Positions 58,398 to 64,000 of a DNA stretch of 64,000 nucleotides are shown piece after piece. The stretch lies in contig JALMLS010000309.1 in the NCBI GenBank assembly GCA_038496445.1, positions 124,001 to 188,000 of the forward strand. The letters are read 5' to 3'. The notes beneath the pieces were generated by a model. It was not told the origin of the DNA, did no database searches, and saw nothing but the letters and a program-made list of their open reading frames with translations. Position 1 is the stretch's first letter, and every line of letters starts with the position of its first letter. Source of the stretch: Trichosphaerium sp. ATCC 40318 (Eukaryota; Protista; Tubulinea). The position numbers and the translations under genes are program-made.

Positions 58398-59479
58398 ATG
58401 TATGGACCCTCAACAACGGCATGCTACTATTTTTTGCTTTTCTATATCTAACATCTTTCAGGTCGATGCACACCCAGCCACGATGCGTCCAAAGCGACGT
58501 TTACCGCCATTACCGACTACCAGGCGATTACGGCAGCGCGTAGAAGGTTTTTACACAACTACTATCCGACTTACATAACATCTATTAGCACCTACAGACT
58601 TTATAGACTTAACTGGAGACGATACAAGCTCAATACAGTCAAATACTGCCAATAATTATGTAGCAGCCATCGTGCGTTAAGAACCCTTTTGTAGTCCAGT
58701 AAAATAGGACCAAAACTCTCAAAATCTCGTTGACAGGGTTTAGACGCCATGGGTAATTCGGCCACAACCAGTCAGACCACAGGTCCCTGCTGCTTTACAA
58801 CGTACGTGCCAACGTCAAGTCGTATGACTATTTTGACATTGTGGTTTTGCAGAAACTTGGTATTTTCGGGTGGCAGAAACGCAAGTACCACAACCTCGTT
58901 CTTTAGTTGAAAAAGGCATTAACAAATATGTTGGTGGCTACTGGGCAAGAAGAAGGCGGTACGTAAAGCAAAAAAAGAGACATTTTATAAAAATCACATG
59001 GTGCCGCCGCAAACAATTTCTGTTGGTAAAAAGAACTCATACAAACTACAAAACACTTTCACACTCATATTTTTTGCAACCATTTTTTTTTCTTAGCTTT
59101 TCGGCATCAAACACAAAAAATGATGAAAAAATGGTTTCGTGAGCTGACTTTTCTTCAAAAAAGGTCTCAAAGGCGTTTTCATCCATCTTCAAGTAGTTGT
59201 AAATATCATACTACATTGATAGATGATAATGAGTGTGAGGAGGAAAAAGCAATAGTAGTCGATGAGCCCGAAAAATCATCAACTGGAGTTGATGTAAATA
59301 AGCGTATTACATCGACTACTTGTACTATTTGCCAGTCAAAAATCAAAGACATTACCGCTACAATGTGTGGACACATGTTTTGTGAGGGATGCATAATTGA
59401 GTGCATAGACGCTACTGGGAAGTGTCCAAACTGTCGTTGTCAGCTCTCTTTACAACACATTCATCCTCTATTTTTGTAA
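58398..59479 (+). CDS. C-terminal RING E3 ligase with SUMO-interacting motif (RNF4/Slx8-like); start 58398 or 58483
   Basis: CTIC...ATMCGHMFCEGCI...CPNCR..L..IHPLFL at the extreme C-terminus; upstream exon encodes DFIDLTGDD (SIM). Confidence 0.75.
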
Positions 59480-59813
59480 TAATAATAAACCCGTGTATTA
59501 TAGCCAAACTACCGCGCTCGTTTTTTTGTTCTTTTTTTTTTTTCACTCCGTTTTTTTGAGGAGGCTAAACTACGCTGTCCTGTACGTGCTTTTTGAGTTC
59601 ATATGGAGAAAGAAACTCTACACGTGTAGTAAAGTGATAGTAACAAAAACGCTTTGATGTTGGAAAAAATACAAAGGAGTGTTCTTCTCCTTACGCGCTC
59701 ATTCAATGCGTAGTGAAGTAAAATATAAACCTTGTACAATATTTTTTCTGGAACTTCTTTTTTTTTATTTTTTTAACTTCTATGGACTGTTACACACGCT
59801 TAGCGTATTATCA

Positions 59814-61508
59814 CTACTTCTTAGCAATACCACCCTTCTTGAGAGGCATGTATTTCTTCATCTCGGTTACTTCACGTTCCATCCACTGGAAGAGAAAAAA
59901 TTAGTTTTGTGAAACAACAAAAAAAATACAATGACTGCTTCTCACCCAGATATTTCCAGCGCCAGCTCCGGCATCCTTTAGTTCTTGAAATTTTTTCTAA
60001 AGCCACACGTCAGATGACGTTTGAATCTACGTGTCTTTTTGGGTGTTGGTGGCGTACCTCAGCTTCTACGAACTTGGCTTGAGCCTCATCGACAGCAGCA
60101 TCCGCTTGTTCGCGTGCTTTTACTGCTTGAGCGTGAGCAATCTCGAAAGGCTCTTTAGCCTTCTCTGCTCGTTTTCTAGCGGCTTCTGTTGTGATTTTCG
60201 CTGTGCGTAGAGGTAAAGGATCCTCTTGAGAAAAGGTGAGGAAACAGGGAGGGATCGTAACAAGATTATGTACCTGCTAGTAGCTGAGCAAGATCTGCTT
60301 TTGCTCTTCCACGAGATACGACTCCACCTTCTTCAGATTTTTTCTTTAATGATTCCTTTTTATTGTTGTAAGCATCCTCTTGCGCCTAAGGTGCGTTATA
60401 CGGGCTATTATCTTTCTTTAAGCTCCTGTGTTCACGTACTTGGAGCTCTGCCAAAGCAGCAGCTAACTCAGCTTCTGCTGCCCTGAAAGGAGCAGCTGCT
60501 TCATCAGCTTCCTTTTCTTTTTGCTACAAAGGGAAATTAAGAGAAGCCAGACCAAAAACAACAAGAGCTTAATTGATCGATTTTAAGTCTTTACCTTTGC
60601 CTCAGCTGCTTTTGCGTTAGCTTCATCAACAAGTTTTTGTACAGCAGCCAACATTTCTTCGGCTTGTCGGAGTTGTTCAGGGTCACCCTTAGGTCAAATA
60701 TTAAACAACGCTTTCCATCTTTTTGTGTACCTGTGGGCGAGCAACAAACTCGGATACAGTTTTGCTAAACTTCCATAGACAGTATTCTGTAGAATCACGT
60801 GATTAGGAAAAATATTTTTTGCCGTTCTTAAAGTGTACCAATAAGAGCAATGCGTCTGTTGAAGTCGAGATCAGCTTCAGTAAGCGCCTTCCTCATCTCT
60901 TTGACAGTCATCGTTTCCTCTGAGAAAAATTAACAACCAACGGAATGACATTTTGTAGCGTTATATTTTGTTCTTGTCGGGAGATGGCGTACTTAAACTC
61001 TCGAGGAACCTGTGCGCTGTGAATTCATCAACGTCACTCCTGCAGTTAAAAACTTGTTAGAGGTTTCTTTGGTACTCTAGATGCGCCCAAGAGAAAAAGG
61101 GTGAAAGAAAGAAAAGGAAAAACGAAAAAGTCAAAGGTCACTAACCCTTCCTTCTCTTTCTCAATATCGAGCTCTATGAACTACAAAGTATGTAAATACA
61201 CCGAACTCGTCTCTGTGTCATAACGTTAAAGAGTTTATTTTTACCTTGTGAGTCCAGTTCCATATATCCTCAGCGCTGTCTACAGGAATGTTAGTGAGAA
61301 GTTCGAACAGACGGGCTGTGAACTGACAAAAAAGAAAAATAGGCGGTACCTTTAGTATCGTTCCAATAAGCATTCAGAAACGCCTGTACACGTGATTTTA
61401 GGGCGCGTGAGAGTAAAAGAAAGCGAGTCTACGCTCGTTAAACGTTACCTTTGCTTGGTCTGCGTAGCACTTTGATGTAAACTTTTTAAATTGCTCTTGA
61501 ACAGACAT
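59814..61508 (-). CDS. Calcium-regulated actin-bundling protein family (Dictyostelium ABP34/TolA-like), about 10 introns
   Basis: YADQAK|AFLNAYW, FIELD, DEFTAHRFLE, DLDFNRRIALI|EYCLWKF (EF-hand-like), Ala/Glu coiled coil, EDPLPLRTAKIT, EMKKYMPLKKGG. Confidence 0.8.
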
Positions 61509-63368
61509 TATAATCGTATCAAGTGTAAACTTCTTGTCAGTAAGCAGACTTAAACCTGACTTTAAGGCTGTATCGATGTAATGTGCATGCTTTCGTCTTT
61601 TGTTGTCACAAGCGAGGGCTATGGCAAATACTTCTGATGCCAGACGACAACGGAGACAAGCTATATTTTAGCAGCAAAAAGGTATGCCTTTTCGTCTGAA
61701 GCGAAGTTGTTTGAGAAAATTATGAGAAGTTCATTTACAAAGTTAGGCAGTTCATGCATGGAGTTGAGAAGTTTCGTTGTTTTCTACCTTGGAGAGATTC
61801 AATCGTTACCTTCATAAAAAACTCTTTAGCCCACGAAACTATGATATCTGTTGCCTGGCCGTCATGAAATTCATTCAATTACTTTTCATTTAACGACGTT
61901 TCACGTAAGCGTTCTTTTGCTCTTTCCTACAGATAGGGAGGCATAATTAACCAAAACCTAAGATTATACAGGCAAATACTGACAGTGTGGCGGACTCCAA
62001 TTTTTTTTTTCAACCAAAGTCCAACACATTTGCTACACACCATAGCTATTTGCGACTTTCCTGCTATTACCAATTCCTTTACTACGCCGGTTACTGTTTT
62101 CACAGTAAGTTTGGTACCTTGCCAACGGTGTTAAAGCTAAACAAGTTTCTGTGTTTGCTGAACACCATTTGATCATTTAATATGTTATAAACGCCTGTTT
62201 AAACGCGTATCAAAACCACAAATGTTCCTTGTAAGGTTTTTTAACTCAGTACTCTTACCAAAACTGTTTATACAGTTTCTTACTGTGTTTTTTACGTTGT
62301 AGTGCAGTTTTAAAGGGTAGTAATGCATTGTAATGAAGAAAATGAGATTCTAAAAAATATTCAAAATTACGTGAAACAAACATCTTTGCGCCAACATGCA
62401 ACAACCTTCTGAAAACTATATCAACTATTCTAACACTACATATATAGGATCCTGTAGTGTATGAACGTTAAAGGCTCTCTTTATACTACAAAACAAGCAT
62501 AGTTGTTACCATACACCTTATTTACACGATTGACTTGTACATAGTCCGTATGCAGTATTTTTCCTTGTGCTATACACTTTGAGATAGAAATGGGCGATTT
62601 ATCTAGCACAAAAATAATAAACCAGCGTATCTTTCCCTGACATTCAAAGCTCCCTCCAATTTCAATGTAGTGATGTTTACACAGTGCCTATAAGCACGTT
62701 TAGCATATTTACGAGCGAATACAACTGTAAGCAAAGGGACTTATCTATTTCACAAAAAGAGCGTACGTTTTAACGCAACACAGCTTTCATAGGCAGCACA
62801 TTTCTTATGCATAGCGGTTTACATATATTACAACCGTGTAGCATCGTTTGATGGTGAGAAAAACGCTTTTTTTTGACCGGTTTTTGACCTTCCGCCTGAT
62901 CGTAGCTCTTTCCTTATTTGCTAAATCTAGGTTCCTGCAAATTAACTAAATCGTTCACATATTTGCTCCGTGATGTTTCGTGTAGACTATGTAAACCATT
63001 ATCGATGTCTATAGTCTATTGGGATGTTATTATCACGAAACTTGCTCACGAAGTAACTCGAAGTCTATTCACGATGTTTCACACGCCACGAGATACACTC
63101 ACTTACTAGAAACGCTCATCTGAGACATTGTAACACGTTCATGTAATAAACAGATTTAACTAATTACACAAGCGTTACAACATCTCTTACAGTGCACCAC
63201 TGTGTAGAGTACAAAAAACGTAGTTAGAGTTAAAAATAACTGGGTGCAAAGTAACGTGAAATTTGGTGTACTTTTCATTTAACCAAGTTCATCGAACCGT
63301 TCAGGATAATATCTCAAAAATATAAACCATTTCGCCACAGTCAACAACACAATAAACACAACCATATC

Positions 63369-64000
63369 ATGTGTAATACAAGGTACGCATCTAATGACGC
63401 TGAGAATTTTCACTGTCAATAGATATTGATACGTTGTTTAGTTTAGAAGGCAGTTTGCTATGTCTACCAACAGAGATTCTAGTTCAGATTTTCGAGCTAG
63501 TTCCAAAATCATTAAAAGCACTAGTTAACACATGCTATGATTTCTATCTAATCATGCGTGATGTCACTGGGTACCCATTTATTGTAGTAAGATCTCTTCA
63601 TGCCGCGAAAACGATTGCCAAATACCCTGGGGTTCTCAAGCATTCAGCAATTTCTGTGGACAGAGCTGTTTACTCTCATATTGTTCCAGTGATTAAAGCT
63701 CTTGCTGGTGCCCGTCAACTCAATATTAGATATTCGGGTATCAAAGACAAGGATATATTACCTCTCACCAATATTCGCTCTATCAACCTCGAAGGCACCT
63801 CAGTATCGAACGCTTGTCTAAAACAATTTTCTGGTGTTCACACAATAAGTCTAAGCCTCACAAACAACATTAGAGGTGACGGCGTTAAAGTACTTGCTGG
63901 TGTTCATACTATTGATCTTGGCTATACCAAAGCGAATGATACTGGTATTCAAGCACTAGCAGGCGTTCACAAGATCGATTTAAGACACACGCGTACAGTG
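63369..64000 (+). CDS. F-box + LRR protein, 5' part (intron 63383-63441; runs off window)
   Basis: MCNT|SLEGSLLCLPTEILVQIFEL F-box followed by LAGVHTIDL-type repeats, open to the window end. Confidence 0.85.

Noticed and set aside
59120-59147. ATGATGA...CTGA in the RING gene intron
   Set aside because: The boxes are only about 16 nt apart, too short for a C/D snoRNA; CTGAC is the likely branch point.

Overview
Gene-dense, AT-rich, intron-rich eukaryotic DNA in the standard genetic code (TAA, TAG and TGA all end genes). An ABP34-type actin-bundling protein and a CRT-like transporter suggest an amoebozoan protist, but this is inference. The supplied ORF track is mostly exon fragments, so I rebuilt spliced genes by hand; boundaries are approximate where noted. 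Housekeeping genes: HisRS, USP39, exportin-T, CSN1, CRT-like transporter, PRPP synthetase, a Myb protein, Vps53, GST, ProRS, COG7, CAND1, a NYN nuclease, a SIM-RING ligase and an ABP34-like protein. From about 21 to 36.5 kb lies an accessory island of F-box-LRR and F-box-MORN genes and relics, with a large inverted duplication and a TTAA-flanked MITE. Highlights: (1) a box C/D guide RNA in a ProRS intron whose antisense element predicts 2'-O-methylation of wobble C34 of elongator tRNA-Met (SNORD97-like); (2) long introns that repeatedly fold back on themselves, plus 3' splice sites apparently set by branch-point distance (AAG/GAG acceptors); (3) strong excess of the (AT)CACGTG(AT) palindrome; (4) a speculative short structured RNA carrying a telomere-template-like motif.
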